NCBI GenBank assembly: GCA_965233865.1
Contig: OZ247587.1
Location: forward strand, 512,001-576,000
Source of the DNA: Candidatus Neptunichlamydia sp.
GTDB taxonomy: Bacteria > Chlamydiota > Chlamydiia > Chlamydiales > Simkaniaceae
DNA: 64,000 nucleotides
Reading direction: 5' to 3'
Shown here: positions 20,026 through 29,537 of the stretch, in pieces
Numbering within the stretch: the stretch's first letter is position 1
Layout of the letters: every line of letters starts with the position of its first letter
Made by a program: the position numbers and the translations under genes
The notes under the pieces: generated by a model
Seen by the model: the letters and a program-made list of their open reading frames with translations, nothing else
Told to the model about the DNA's origin: nothing
Database searches by the model: none

Positions 20026-20470
20026 GAATCATTACACTAGGTCCTGAAGGAACATTTTCACATCAAGTGGCAATGAAGCTATACCCAAAGAAAAAACTAG
20101 CGTTTGCTTCATCTATTGATGAGATTTTTATAAGACTTGCAGACCCTCAATTTTTGGAAGAGATTGTTCCCATGGAAAATACGGTATCCGAGTTTGTTGA
20201 AGAAACGATTTTTAATCTCATGAAATACGATTTCTCACTTGTCAGAAAAATTATTTTTCCCGTTTCCTTTAACCTCGTTGGCGTAGACGAAGAGATTGAG
20301 TACCTTTATGCGCAGCCCCATGCTCTTATGCAGTGTCGAGCATCAGTGAGAAAAAAGTGCCCTCAAGTGAAGATCCTTGAAACTCTGAGCAATGCTCTTT
20401 CAGCAATTCAGTATCAGGCCAACCCTAAAAATAGCGCTGCCCTTGTTTCTACGTTTTCTCAACAATACTA

Positions 20471-21352
20471 GGTTGTGTTGAGAAATTTCCATAAATGGTG
20501 CAAGCTGACTTCCTGAAGAAGGAGATCTATATGCTATACCCGCATAAAATAAATGACCACGCCTGGTCGAAACTTTACGAATATCTGAGTAATTACCCCA
20601 AAATACACACAAATAACAAAGAGAAAACTCGTTGCTTTGTAGAGGCTGTATTTTGGATTGCCAAGAGCGGAGCACAATGGCGTTTGCTACCAAAGGAATA
20701 TGGAGACTGGAATGCCGTCTATCATCGTTTTGCAGACTGGGCTGAACATGGTGTGTGGTACAAGATGCTCTACTATTTTTCAAATGATCCAGACATGGAA
20801 TATATTATGATCGACAGTACAGTCCTCCGCGCTCATGCCTGTGCCGCAGGAGCCAATAAAAAAAAACCGGAGGTCAAAGCGAGCAGGCCTTAGGTCGATC
20901 CTGTGGAGGTTTTACGACTAAAATCCATAGTATCTGTGATGCATTAGGTAATCCACTTGATTTTATTTTAACAGGTGGTCAAGCAGCTGATTGTCATCAA
21001 GCTATTCCTTTGCTCAAAGGTAGGGATTACAAAGGCTACGACAGCAATGCAATCATTGATCATGTAAAGAGCATTGGAGCTGTTGCCATCATTCCCTCAA
21101 AGAAAAATCGCATTGATCATGTAAAGAGCATCGGAGCTGTTGCCATCATTCCCTCAAAGAAAAATCGCATTGATCATCGAGAGCATGATAAAGACATATA
21201 TAAAGAACGACACAAAATCGAATGTTTATTTGGCTTCCTCAAACATTATAGACGATTGTTTTCTCGGTTCGAGAAGTTAGCATCAAGGTTCAAGGCATTC
21301 CTTCATTTTATCGCGGCTCTCCAATGGTTAAAGTAAATTTCTCAACACAACC
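20471..21352 (+). mobile_element. IS5-family element with damaged transposase
   Basis: Perfect 18-bp IR GGTTGTGTTGAGAAATTT; TA duplication 20469-70/21353-54; OrfA from ATG 20531 (GAQWRLLP, IDST), A9 slip site 20858-20866, OrfB GGFTTKIH, RHKIECLF. Confidence 0.95.
21055..21168 (+). repeat. 57-bp tandem duplication inside the IS transposase
   Basis: IDHVKSIGAVAIIPSKKNR x2 with one nucleotide mismatch, bounded by CATTGATCAT. Confidence 0.95.
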
Positions 21353-21693
21353 TACGACCTCCCCATTCTTGCTGAAAATATGGAAGACGGTGAGGAGAAC
21401 TTTACGACCTTTTTTGTTATTGGTAAAGCCCCTTCCCTAAAAGGGAAAGGGAAGTATGGAACCTGCTTTCTACTCTTTAGTGAAGAGCTAGCAACAATTA
21501 CCAAACAGATTGCAAACCAATGTCACAACACGAAAGTTCCTCTCATCAAATTAAAAAATCTCGTTTTACAAGAAGGGCACACTCCTCTATATTTTATTGA
21601 AGTAGAAGAACACCTCCAAGAAAAAGAGGTTCTACGATTTTTCAAAAGCTTAAGCGAAAATTTTTTGATCAAACACTTGGGATCTTACCCTCT

Positions 21694-22770
21694 ATGAATA
21701 TTCATTTTTCCTATGATCTTCTAGAAGATGTAAATTTACTCAAAATTCTAGAAAAACATTCTGGATGTTTTGCTCTTCTTACCGACGAAAAAGTGGCGTC
21801 TCTCTATGCAAAACCCTTTCTTGCCTTTATGAGCCAGCATGAGCTTTCTTGCGACTTAATCACCTTCCCAGGAGGAGAAAAGAATAAAAACAGACGGACA
21901 AAGGAGCAGATTGAAGATGCTCTTCTTGCAAAAAAGTTTGCTCGAGACACCTTTCTCATTGTGATGGGAGGGGGAGTTGTCACCGATATTGGAGGGTTTG
22001 TTGCAGCTACCTATTGCCGTGGAATCCCCTATCTTTCGATTCCCACCACTTTGCTTGGAATGGTTGACGCAAGCATTGGAGGAAAAACGGGAGTCAATGT
22101 GAAACAGGGAAAAAACCTCGTTGGAGCAATTTACTCCCCAGAAGCGATTTTTATCGACCTCTCTATGCTTAGCACTCTTCCGGAAAGCGAAATGCTTAGT
22201 GGAAGCGCTGAAGTCGTCAAATACGGCTTAATTGCCGACAAATCAATCATTGCGACAGTGAAGGAGAACCTCGACAGTTGGAAACAACGTGATCTAGACC
22301 TTTTGAAGAAGGTCATTAAAGAATGCGCCACGATTAAATCAAAAGTAGCTGGGCGCGATCTAAGAGAATCCGGAGAAAGACGCATTCTCAACTTTGGTCA
22401 TACCATTGGCCATGCTATTGAAACACTTGAAGAGTATTCTCTCTCCCATGGAGAAGCGATTGCCATAGGAATGATCATAGAATCGCTTATTACCCATAAA
22501 ATGGGGCACCTTAAAGAGTCAGATTTTGATGACATTTATGAGCTTTTTAAGATTATGGGCTTTTCTTTAAAACTCTCCAATCGCGTTACCATCTCCGGGA
22601 TATTAGAAGCAATGAAGCACGATAAGAAAAGAGAACTAGGAGTCCCTCGCTTGATCGTTCTCCGTGGAATAGGTCATGTCGAATCCTACAAAGGAGCCTA
22701 CTGCACTGCAATTGATCAAGAACTCCTCGATGAAGCCCTCGGTTGGATGGTTGCGGAGTTTAGAAAATGA
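21694..22770 (+). CDS. aroB: 3-dehydroquinate synthase
   Basis: GGGVVTDIGGF, PTTLLGMVDASIGGKTGVN, LNFGHTIGHAIE, HGEAIAIGM. Confidence 0.96.
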   Translation: MNIHFSYDLLEDVNLLKILEKHSGCFALLTDEKVASLYAKPFLAFMSQHELSCDLITFPGGEKNKNRRTKEQIEDALLAKKFARDTFLIVMGGGVVTDIGGFVAATYCRGIPYLSIPTTLLGMVDASIGGKTGVNVKQGKNLVGAIYSPEAIFIDLSMLSTLPESEMLSGSAEVVKYGLIADKSIIATVKENLDSWKQRDLDLLKKVIKECATIKSKVAGRDLRESGERRILNFGHTIGHAIETLEEYSLSHGEAIAIGMIIESLITHKMGHLKESDFDDIYELFKIMGFSLKLSNRVTISGILEAMKHDKKRELGVPRLIVLRGIGHVESYKGAYCTAIDQELLDEALGWMVAEFRK

Positions 22771-24035
22771 ACTATAACGTCAAACCAGGCAGCCTCAGCG
22801 GAACCATTGAAATCCCCCCCTCGAAATCTCATACCCACCGCGCCCTTCTTTTTGCCCTTCTGGCAAACGGAACCTCAAAAATCCATAAATATCTAGACTC
22901 CCCTGATAGCGCAGCGATGCTCAAAGCCATAAAGGCTCTTGGAGCTACAATTATAAAATCAGAAGATACTCTTGAAATCACAGGGGTAGGACCTCATCTT
23001 AAGCCCTCAGACGATGTAATCAATGCAGGGAACTCAGGAATTGTCCTCCGCTTTATTGGCGCACTATCCGCCCTTATTCCAGCTTATACAGTGATTACTG
23101 GAGACCACTCAATCCGCACACGTCGTCCCGTCAATCCTCTCCTCGAAGCTCTTGAACAACTCGGGGTCTTCGCTAAAAGTATGAGAGGCGATGGATATGC
23201 TCCGATCATTATTGCAGGGCCGCTCGGTGGAGGATCGTGCACCTTGGATGGGCAGGATTCTCAACCCATCTCGGCGCTCCTTTTTGCGGCGTCCTTTGCC
23301 TCTAAAAAAACTGAAATTCATGTCACAAACCCTGGTGAAAAACCTTGGATTGATCTTACCCTTTCATGGCTTGATTTCCTAGAACTTCCTTATGAAAATC
23401 ATGAGTATATCCGTTATGCCATTCCAGGTGGAGCATCCTACTTAGGATTCGACTATACCGTTCCTGGAGATTTTAGCTCTCTCGCCTTTCCTCTTGCTGC
23501 AGCTCTCGTAACAGGAAGCGAAATGACCATCGAAAATGTCGATACAACCGATGTGCAGGGAGATAAAAAGCTCCTCGATGCTCTGACAAAAATGGGGGCA
23601 AATATCACTTCAGAAGGGAGTACCCTCCATGTCAAAAAAGGAGCGCCCTTGAAAGGATGCACCCTTGATATCAACGATTACATCGATACCATTACCATCT
23701 TGGCTGTGATTGGATGTTTTGCGGAAGGTGAAACAGTCCTTAACAACGCCGCGATTGCGCGAAAAAAAGAGTGCGATCGTATTCACGCAATTGCTACCGA
23801 GCTGAAAAAGATGGGAGCTGATATAGAAGAAAAAGAGGATGGTCTTGTCATTCGCCCTTCAAAACTGAAAGGGGCAATTGTTGATACCTACCACGATCAC
23901 CGGATGGCCATGTCTCTCACGGTTGCCGCCCTTGGCGCAAAAGGAAACTCGCTCATCCGGGATACTCAGTGCGTTGCAAAGACCTATCCTAACTTTAAAG
24001 AGCATATGACTCGACTTGGAGCAAAACTAACATGA
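22767..24035 (+). CDS. aroA: EPSP synthase
   Basis: PPSKSHTHR, GNSG..LRF, PGDFSS, KECDRI, DHRMAM. Confidence 0.96.
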   Translation: MNYNVKPGSLSGTIEIPPSKSHTHRALLFALLANGTSKIHKYLDSPDSAAMLKAIKALGATIIKSEDTLEITGVGPHLKPSDDVINAGNSGIVLRFIGALSALIPAYTVITGDHSIRTRRPVNPLLEALEQLGVFAKSMRGDGYAPIIIAGPLGGGSCTLDGQDSQPISALLFAASFASKKTEIHVTNPGEKPWIDLTLSWLDFLELPYENHEYIRYAIPGGASYLGFDYTVPGDFSSLAFPLAAALVTGSEMTIENVDTTDVQGDKKLLDALTKMGANITSEGSTLHVKKGAPLKGCTLDINDYIDTITILAVIGCFAEGETVLNNAAIARKKECDRIHAIATELKKMGADIEEKEDGLVIRPSKLKGAIVDTYHDHRMAMSLTVAALGAKGNSLIRDTQCVAKTYPNFKEHMTRLGAKLT

Positions 24036-24562
24036 ACATTGTCCTATTTGGCATCAAAGGGTGCGGAAAAACCACCTTTGGAAGAATTCTTGCAAAAGAA
24101 AGAGGGTGCGCTTTCATTGATACAGATCGCCTCATTGAAGAAGTCTATCAGATTAACAGGCAGAAAAAACTCACCTGCCGCCAGATTTATGAAGAAGCCG
24201 GAGCTGTAACCTTCCGTGCTCTCGAGTATGAAGTCGTTCAATCTCTTCAAGATGTGCAAAATTCTGTGATTGCTGTTGGTGGAGGCGCAATGCTTCTCTA
24301 TGAAAACATTGAGGCCCTTCGGAAAAATAGCCATCTCATTTACCTCTACTTCGAGAGAGAAAAGCTTAAAAAGCGGGTCCTTTCAGAAGATCCTCTCCCC
24401 ACCTTTATCAACCCCGATGATCCCGAATCATCCTTTGATAAAATGTATGACGAGCGAGAAGATTTTTATCAAAAAATTAGCGCAGAAAAAATAGATGTTA
24501 CCGAGATGAAAAACAGCGCCGTGGTGAAGGAAATTTTCGAGGTGACAAAAAATGGCAAGTAA
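24032..24562 (+). CDS. aroK: shikimate kinase
   Basis: GIKGCGKTT, DTD, FRALE, GGG. Confidence 0.93.
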   Translation: MNIVLFGIKGCGKTTFGRILAKERGCAFIDTDRLIEEVYQINRQKKLTCRQIYEEAGAVTFRALEYEVVQSLQDVQNSVIAVGGGAMLLYENIEALRKNSHLIYLYFEREKLKKRVLSEDPLPTFINPDDPESSFDKMYDEREDFYQKISAEKIDVTEMKNSAVVKEIFEVTKNGK

Positions 24563-25628
24563 TAGCTTTGGACAGCTCTTTCGTGTCACCACATGGGGAG
24601 AATCCCATGGGAAAGGAATCGGCGCCATTATCGATGGATGTCCTGCTGGAATTCCTATAACCGATGATGAAATCAATGAAGAGCTTGAAAGGCGGGCAGG
24701 TGGCAAAACTCCCTATACCACTCCCCGCTCAGAAAAAGACAAAGCAGAGATCTTCTCTGGAGTTTTTGAAGGAAAAACAACCGGAGCCCCCATCTCCATC
24801 ATTATCTTTAATAAAGACGTTGACTCCACAAAATACGAACCGATTAAAGCTCTGATGCGCCCAGGCCATGCAAACTTCACCTACCTAGAAAAATATGGAA
24901 TCTTCGACTACCGCGGAGGAGGACGCTCCTCTGCTCGAGAAACAGCGTGCCGCGTCGCCGCAGGAACAATCGCCAAAAAACTCCTAGCCCTCTCAAATAT
25001 CCATATTATCGCTTACATCCACTCCATCGGAGGCATCTCCATCAACTCAGTCAACTTTGAAGCAATCACCTCAAGCCCTATTTTTTGTCCCGATCAAGAA
25101 GCTGGCAAGCAAATAATGGAAGCGATCTTAAAAGCAAAAGAAGAAAATGACTCGCTCGGCGGCATTATCGAATGCACAACAACCGGACTCCCCATTGGTC
25201 TTGGCGATCCTGTATATGAAAAACTCGAAGCCAATCTCGCAAAAGGAATGCTCAGTATTCCCGCTACTAAAGGATTTGAAATTGGAGAAGGATTTAACGC
25301 CGCGAACCTGAAAGGATCCGAGCATAACGATGGTTTTACAACCGATACCTCAGGAAGCATCGTTCCTGCCACCAACCATGCTGGCGGCACCCTTGGAGGA
25401 ATCTCAACGGGACTCCCCCTTACATTTCGTGTCGCCTTCAAACCTACCTCCAGTATCCAAAAGTCTCAGAAGACCGTCGACACCTCAGGTAAAGCCCAAA
25501 CTTTCCAACTCCCTAATGGATCACGTCACGACCCTTGCGTAACGATCCGTGCCGTCCCTATCGTTGAAGCAATGGCTGCCTGCACCTGCGCCGACAGCCT
25601 CCTTTGCTCCCTATCCTCCAAATTTTAG
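24552..25628 (+). CDS. aroC: chorismate synthase
   Basis: TWGESHG, RPGHA, RSSARET, GGTLGGISTG, RHDPC. Confidence 0.97.
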   Translation: MASNSFGQLFRVTTWGESHGKGIGAIIDGCPAGIPITDDEINEELERRAGGKTPYTTPRSEKDKAEIFSGVFEGKTTGAPISIIIFNKDVDSTKYEPIKALMRPGHANFTYLEKYGIFDYRGGGRSSARETACRVAAGTIAKKLLALSNIHIIAYIHSIGGISINSVNFEAITSSPIFCPDQEAGKQIMEAILKAKEENDSLGGIIECTTTGLPIGLGDPVYEKLEANLAKGMLSIPATKGFEIGEGFNAANLKGSEHNDGFTTDTSGSIVPATNHAGGTLGGISTGLPLTFRVAFKPTSSIQKSQKTVDTSGKAQTFQLPNGSRHDPCVTIRAVPIVEAMAACTCADSLLCSLSSKF

Positions 25629-27176
25629 AGGCTTTCCTTCTACAGTTCGATCTTTATTCTCATATACGAATTTTACTTTGAGTGGTAAGCCCCTATTGTG
25701 GCTATTTTTTTGCAAAAAGTTTCTTATACCGTTAGTGAGCTTACTCGCGCTGGCCATACTAACCACCCCTAAATTTAGAGTTCTTAAATCATCTGCAAAT
25801 AGAGCCTTAGTCACTAAATCTAGAGGATTATCTTTAAAATCTTCCTTCAATTGATCACAATTCGTAACATTTAACTCGTGGAGTGGCAGGGTATGCATTG
25901 CTTCAAAGTTGCTTAGATTGAATATGTTATTTCCAGAAAAATCCGCGTAACGCAAACTATGGAAATTTTGTTGAATTGAACGAATAATATAGTTTAGCGA
26001 TCCTGCACCGATATCAAGATCCTTCAGGTAGGAAAAGTTTTGAATAAAGCAGCTAGCGGGAGAAATAGGGTGACACTTCTTAACAGAACCTTGTTTTACT
26101 TCGCAAAACAATTTCTCAATAGCATCTATGCCATCTTTTTTTGCCTTATTAATTGCCTTATTAATTGCCTCTAAATGAAGTTGGGCATTATTAGTTTCCT
26201 TGAAAACAACAATTGTCTTTTCAAGAAAACTCTTACTAAATCCCTCCTGAATATTACTCTCTCTTAAATCAACAGCTTTGAGATTGGGGAATTTTTGTGC
26301 GATTTCTTCAATATTTTCAGCCTCAATATCTCTGACCTTCCCCCTAATAGATAAGAGATGAATTGAGCCGACTACCTTAGACTTCTTCTTATCCTTCTCC
26401 GAATTCGATATTAGATTTAAAATACCCTTAATATCAGAGCACCCCTCGAGGACTAAAGCATCGATCTTATCTGTTTTGCTAAAGATTTTGGGAAGAATCT
26501 CAGTACAAGAAGAATCCTTAAGATGCACGATAAACGTTTCTAAAGGATAAAGCAAGGCATCTAAGTTCTTATCATCCAGCTTAAACCCCTCTTCATCGAA
26601 TCCTTCCTGTTTAAGATCGGACAACTTCAAAGAAACGGGGGAGCCTTCTAAAGCCTTAGATGATTCCTTTACGCAATAGTAAGCAAATTTCTCCACACCA
26701 TCTAAAATCTCCATGGGCGTTTTTGTCTGCGAAGCACCTATGTCAACAGGTGAGGTCTCTTGCACAGTACTTGTGCTCTGGGAGTCTTCTAGTTTTCTTT
26801 CATAGATGTCAGGCCTAAACAATGGAACCAACGCTATGTCTACAAGGAGAGTTGCAAAAAAAGCTATGGCAAGCTTGTATATTGTTGTTGCTGAATCGTT
26901 AATATTCCCATGCCCTTTTTTGAAGGTGCATCTTATTATGAGTTCACTACAAAGCGTTGTTGTTTCCTGTAGAATGGCTGTGGCAACAGCTACAGGCATT
27001 AGGAAAGCCTCTACCGATGAAGTAACTCTTTTATAAAAGTATTCGGCTCCGCTGGAGTCCTCAAAACTACGAGTATTTTTTGATATCCAGTTAACTAAAT
27101 GCGACGCGCAGTTATCCTTTTCTTGCAAAAGATATAATTGGCAATTTCTGGCCTTTTCAATAAACTCAATAGTCAT
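25611..27176 (-). CDS. hypothetical protein with N-terminal hydrophobic pair and LRR-like C-terminus
   Basis: FPNLKAVDLRES, YLKDLDIG, SLRYADFSGN, LHELNVTNC, LRTLNLG. Confidence 0.7.
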   Translation of the reverse strand: MTIEFIEKARNCQLYLLQEKDNCASHLVNWISKNTRSFEDSSGAEYFYKRVTSSVEAFLMPVAVATAILQETTTLCSELIIRCTFKKGHGNINDSATTIYKLAIAFFATLLVDIALVPLFRPDIYERKLEDSQSTSTVQETSPVDIGASQTKTPMEILDGVEKFAYYCVKESSKALEGSPVSLKLSDLKQEGFDEEGFKLDDKNLDALLYPLETFIVHLKDSSCTEILPKIFSKTDKIDALVLEGCSDIKGILNLISNSEKDKKKSKVVGSIHLLSIRGKVRDIEAENIEEIAQKFPNLKAVDLRESNIQEGFSKSFLEKTIVVFKETNNAQLHLEAINKAINKAKKDGIDAIEKLFCEVKQGSVKKCHPISPASCFIQNFSYLKDLDIGAGSLNYIIRSIQQNFHSLRYADFSGNNIFNLSNFEAMHTLPLHELNVTNCDQLKEDFKDNPLDLVTKALFADDLRTLNLGVVSMASASKLTNGIRNFLQKNSHNRGLPLKVKFVYENKDRTVEGKPLKFGG

Positions 27177-27318
27177 AATTACTCCTTTATTTTTTAAAGA
27201 TAGATTTTAGGACAGAATTGCACATAAAGTAAACGAAATTGTTTTCCTTGCGAAAAAAACTATTGTAGAGACATTATGTTCTTCTCATTTTAGATAAAAA
27301 ACAATTAAGAGGTATAAA

Positions 27319-27705
27319 ATGTCATCAATATTTTGTTGCTGCTTTTCCAGAAACGGAAATGAGAGTATTACAGAAGCAGACCACCCCCGAAAAAGCAACA
27401 ACAACACAAACGCTGTTGCACAAAACATATTTTCACAGGGTACGAATTATGGAACCATGAGTAAATCAGTACAATTTAATGACGAGCCCCCTATAAGAAG
27501 CATCCTTAAATCTAAAACAGACCAAACTACTCCGCGTAGCAAGAGTATAGACTCTCAAGTGAGCAGAGCGGAAAACGATTGCTCTCTATCTCCTTCTTTT
27601 ACTGAAAGAGAGAGCAACGCCAGTACTGCGAGAAGCAGAATGGAAAACGATTGCTCTCCAGCTCCTTCTTTTGGTTCTCCAGAGCGTTCTTGTGATTCTC
27701 CTTAA
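27319..27705 (+). CDS. small Ser-rich disordered protein with N-terminal Cys cluster
   Basis: GAGG SD; MSSIFCCCF; KSVQF and SILK; internal repeat. Confidence 0.7.
   Translation: MSSIFCCCFSRNGNESITEADHPRKSNNNTNAVAQNIFSQGTNYGTMSKSVQFNDEPPIRSILKSKTDQTTPRSKSIDSQVSRAENDCSLSPSFTERESNASTARSRMENDCSPAPSFGSPERSCDSP
27562..27672 (+). repeat. 39-bp imperfect direct repeat (SRxENDCSxxPSF x2)
   Basis: Copies at 27562-27600 and 27634-27672. Confidence 0.85.
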
Positions 27706-27711
27706 GGGCAC

Positions 27712-28440
27712 TTATAGATAGATTGGGGAAGCCCTATTCCAGCGAATCGTCCAAAGGGTGCACCCGGCATAGACGCCAGGAAGCCAGAAGATCCATCCAA
27801 TAATTGTTGTGGTGAGGATCATGCTGAGCATTCCGGAGATAAGGCCAGCTGTGAGAATAGGAAGCGCTTTTGATTTGAGAGCTTGTATCCGACGGGATAC
27901 AGGCTCTCCTTGTATTGTGAGGGAAAGGTCGCAGGCGTCAATGATCGCAATGTGTCCCATTCCTACTTGAGCGAGGAACATGGCAAGGGGGCCAAAAAAG
28001 AAGAGGGAAACAAGTGTTGCGGCTGGCCAAAGAAGGCGCCAGCCTAGCGTGTGAAACATCACTTGGATGCTTGAGGTGACGGCTTGAAGTGCTCTTTCTC
28101 TTTTGATAGGTACGCGCTCATTATGCAAAATCTTTCCAATCATATTTTCAAAAGCAAAGTTCAAAATCACGGGAAAGACGGAGACCCATAGGGCCACAAG
28201 TGCAAGCGATGCATAGCCCAGGGATTTAAAAACTCCCCAGGTGTAGCTAAGCCAGCCAACGGAAGGATCAGGCCAGCTGATGTATGCTGCAAGAAAAAAG
28301 GCTGCAAGAAGGACAAAGAAAGAGATTAAAGCGGCAAGCAGAGGGGCAAGCCACAGGTAAGGGCGAGAAATAAAGTATCCGAATCCTACGATTGTGCAGT
28401 TCGATGCTGTAACGTCTTTTGCCATAGAAAAACCTACCAC
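27712..28440 (-). CDS. EI24/CysZ-like membrane protein
   Basis: Multi-TM pattern, GFGYF..RPYLW N-terminus. Confidence 0.6.
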   Translation of the reverse strand: MVGFSMAKDVTASNCTIVGFGYFISRPYLWLAPLLAALISFFVLLAAFFLAAYISWPDPSVGWLSYTWGVFKSLGYASLALVALWVSVFPVILNFAFENMIGKILHNERVPIKRERALQAVTSSIQVMFHTLGWRLLWPAATLVSLFFFGPLAMFLAQVGMGHIAIIDACDLSLTIQGEPVSRRIQALKSKALPILTAGLISGMLSMILTTTIIGWIFWLPGVYAGCTLWTIRWNRASPIYL

Positions 28441-28443
28441 GTA

Positions 28444-29376
28444 TTATTCGAGTTTGAAATGGGCTTTTAGGGTTGCACCCACCTCTTGAATAGCGAGGCG
28501 CGCATCATCAAGGAGGCCTGCCATTTGAAAAAAACCATGGACCATCCCTTTATATCTTTTTAGTTTTACGGGAACACCTTTTTCTTTGAGTTTTTGGGCG
28601 TAAGACTCCCCTTCATCGCGCATGGGATCGTATTCAGCGGTCAGGATTAGGGCTGGGGGCAAGGATGAAAAGTCAGGAGAGTAAAGGGGCGATATTCGGG
28701 GATTTGTGAGGTCCTGATCACTATCAAGGTACTGTTTGCGGTACCACTCGATCGATTCTTTTTCAAGAAGGTATCCGGATCCATATTCTAGATGTGAGAG
28801 GCTGCTGCATGTTAAGTCTGTTTGAGGGTATATAAGAACTTGGAAGGAAATGTTTGGGTGGGGCTCGTCGCGTGCTTCTTGTGTTAAGACTGCAGCGAGG
28901 TTTCCTCCAGCATCTTCTCCACCAATTGCGATTCTTCCATCGGAGGAAATTTCTTTAGGATGGAAACTGATCCAATGGAGAACACCTTTTGCGGCATTTA
29001 ATGCTTTTGGAAAGGGGTTTTCAGGAGAAAGGGGGTAGTTCATTGAGGCAATAAGACAGCCACTGGCATCTGCGAGGGCTCGGCAGGTGGGATCATGCGC
29101 ATCAATATCCCCTTTGACAAATCCTCCAGGGTGGAAATAAAGAAGAACAGGGAGAAGGGTGCTTTCTTTGGGGTAGTATAGACGAACAAGTAGATTTCCT
29201 TCTTCATGATGTATGATGTGGTTCATGACTTTTGCAAGAGGTTTAGGTTCACCCGCAAGCGGACGCATTTTCATGGGCCCCTTTCGGATTGCGGTTAGAG
29301 GTGTCCGCGAAAGTGGGGGGTTATTCGCCGCTTTTGTCACAGTGATAATTTCTTTAAGAGTCGGATGCAATGTCAT
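28444..29376 (-). CDS. HSL-family alpha/beta hydrolase with atypical nucleophile elbow
   Basis: HPGGF, YPLSPENPFP, GEDAGGNL, AEYDPMRD, HGF. Confidence 0.88.
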   Translation of the reverse strand: MTLHPTLKEIITVTKAANNPPLSRTPLTAIRKGPMKMRPLAGEPKPLAKVMNHIIHHEEGNLLVRLYYPKESTLLPVLLYFHPGGFVKGDIDAHDPTCRALADASGCLIASMNYPLSPENPFPKALNAAKGVLHWISFHPKEISSDGRIAIGGEDAGGNLAAVLTQEARDEPHPNISFQVLIYPQTDLTCSSLSHLEYGSGYLLEKESIEWYRKQYLDSDQDLTNPRISPLYSPDFSSLPPALILTAEYDPMRDEGESYAQKLKEKGVPVKLKRYKGMVHGFFQMAGLLDDARLAIQEVGATLKAHFKLE

Positions 29377-29537
29377 GAACCTCATTATGAAGTTAAAGCA
29401 CGTATATAGACCACTTTTTTTTCTAATGCTTTTTGCGTATGAATTGATCTGGATGTTCACAACGCGAGTCTTTTTTCTTTCTTAAAAATTTATTTATAGA
29501 TTAGACTTTCAATCAAAATCAATCACTTGATGGAGTT

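Larger units (their letters stand above)
20011..21697 (+). pseudogene. pheA: prephenate dehydratase interrupted by IS5
   Basis: LGPEGTFS, VPMENT, QPHALMQC upstream of the IS; ENMED..NFTTFFVIG and LGSYP downstream; halves rejoin in frame on IS removal. Confidence 0.9.

Noticed and set aside
21055..21168. Direct repeats as possible CRISPR array
   Set aside because: Spacer-less in-frame duplication inside a transposase; no cas genes
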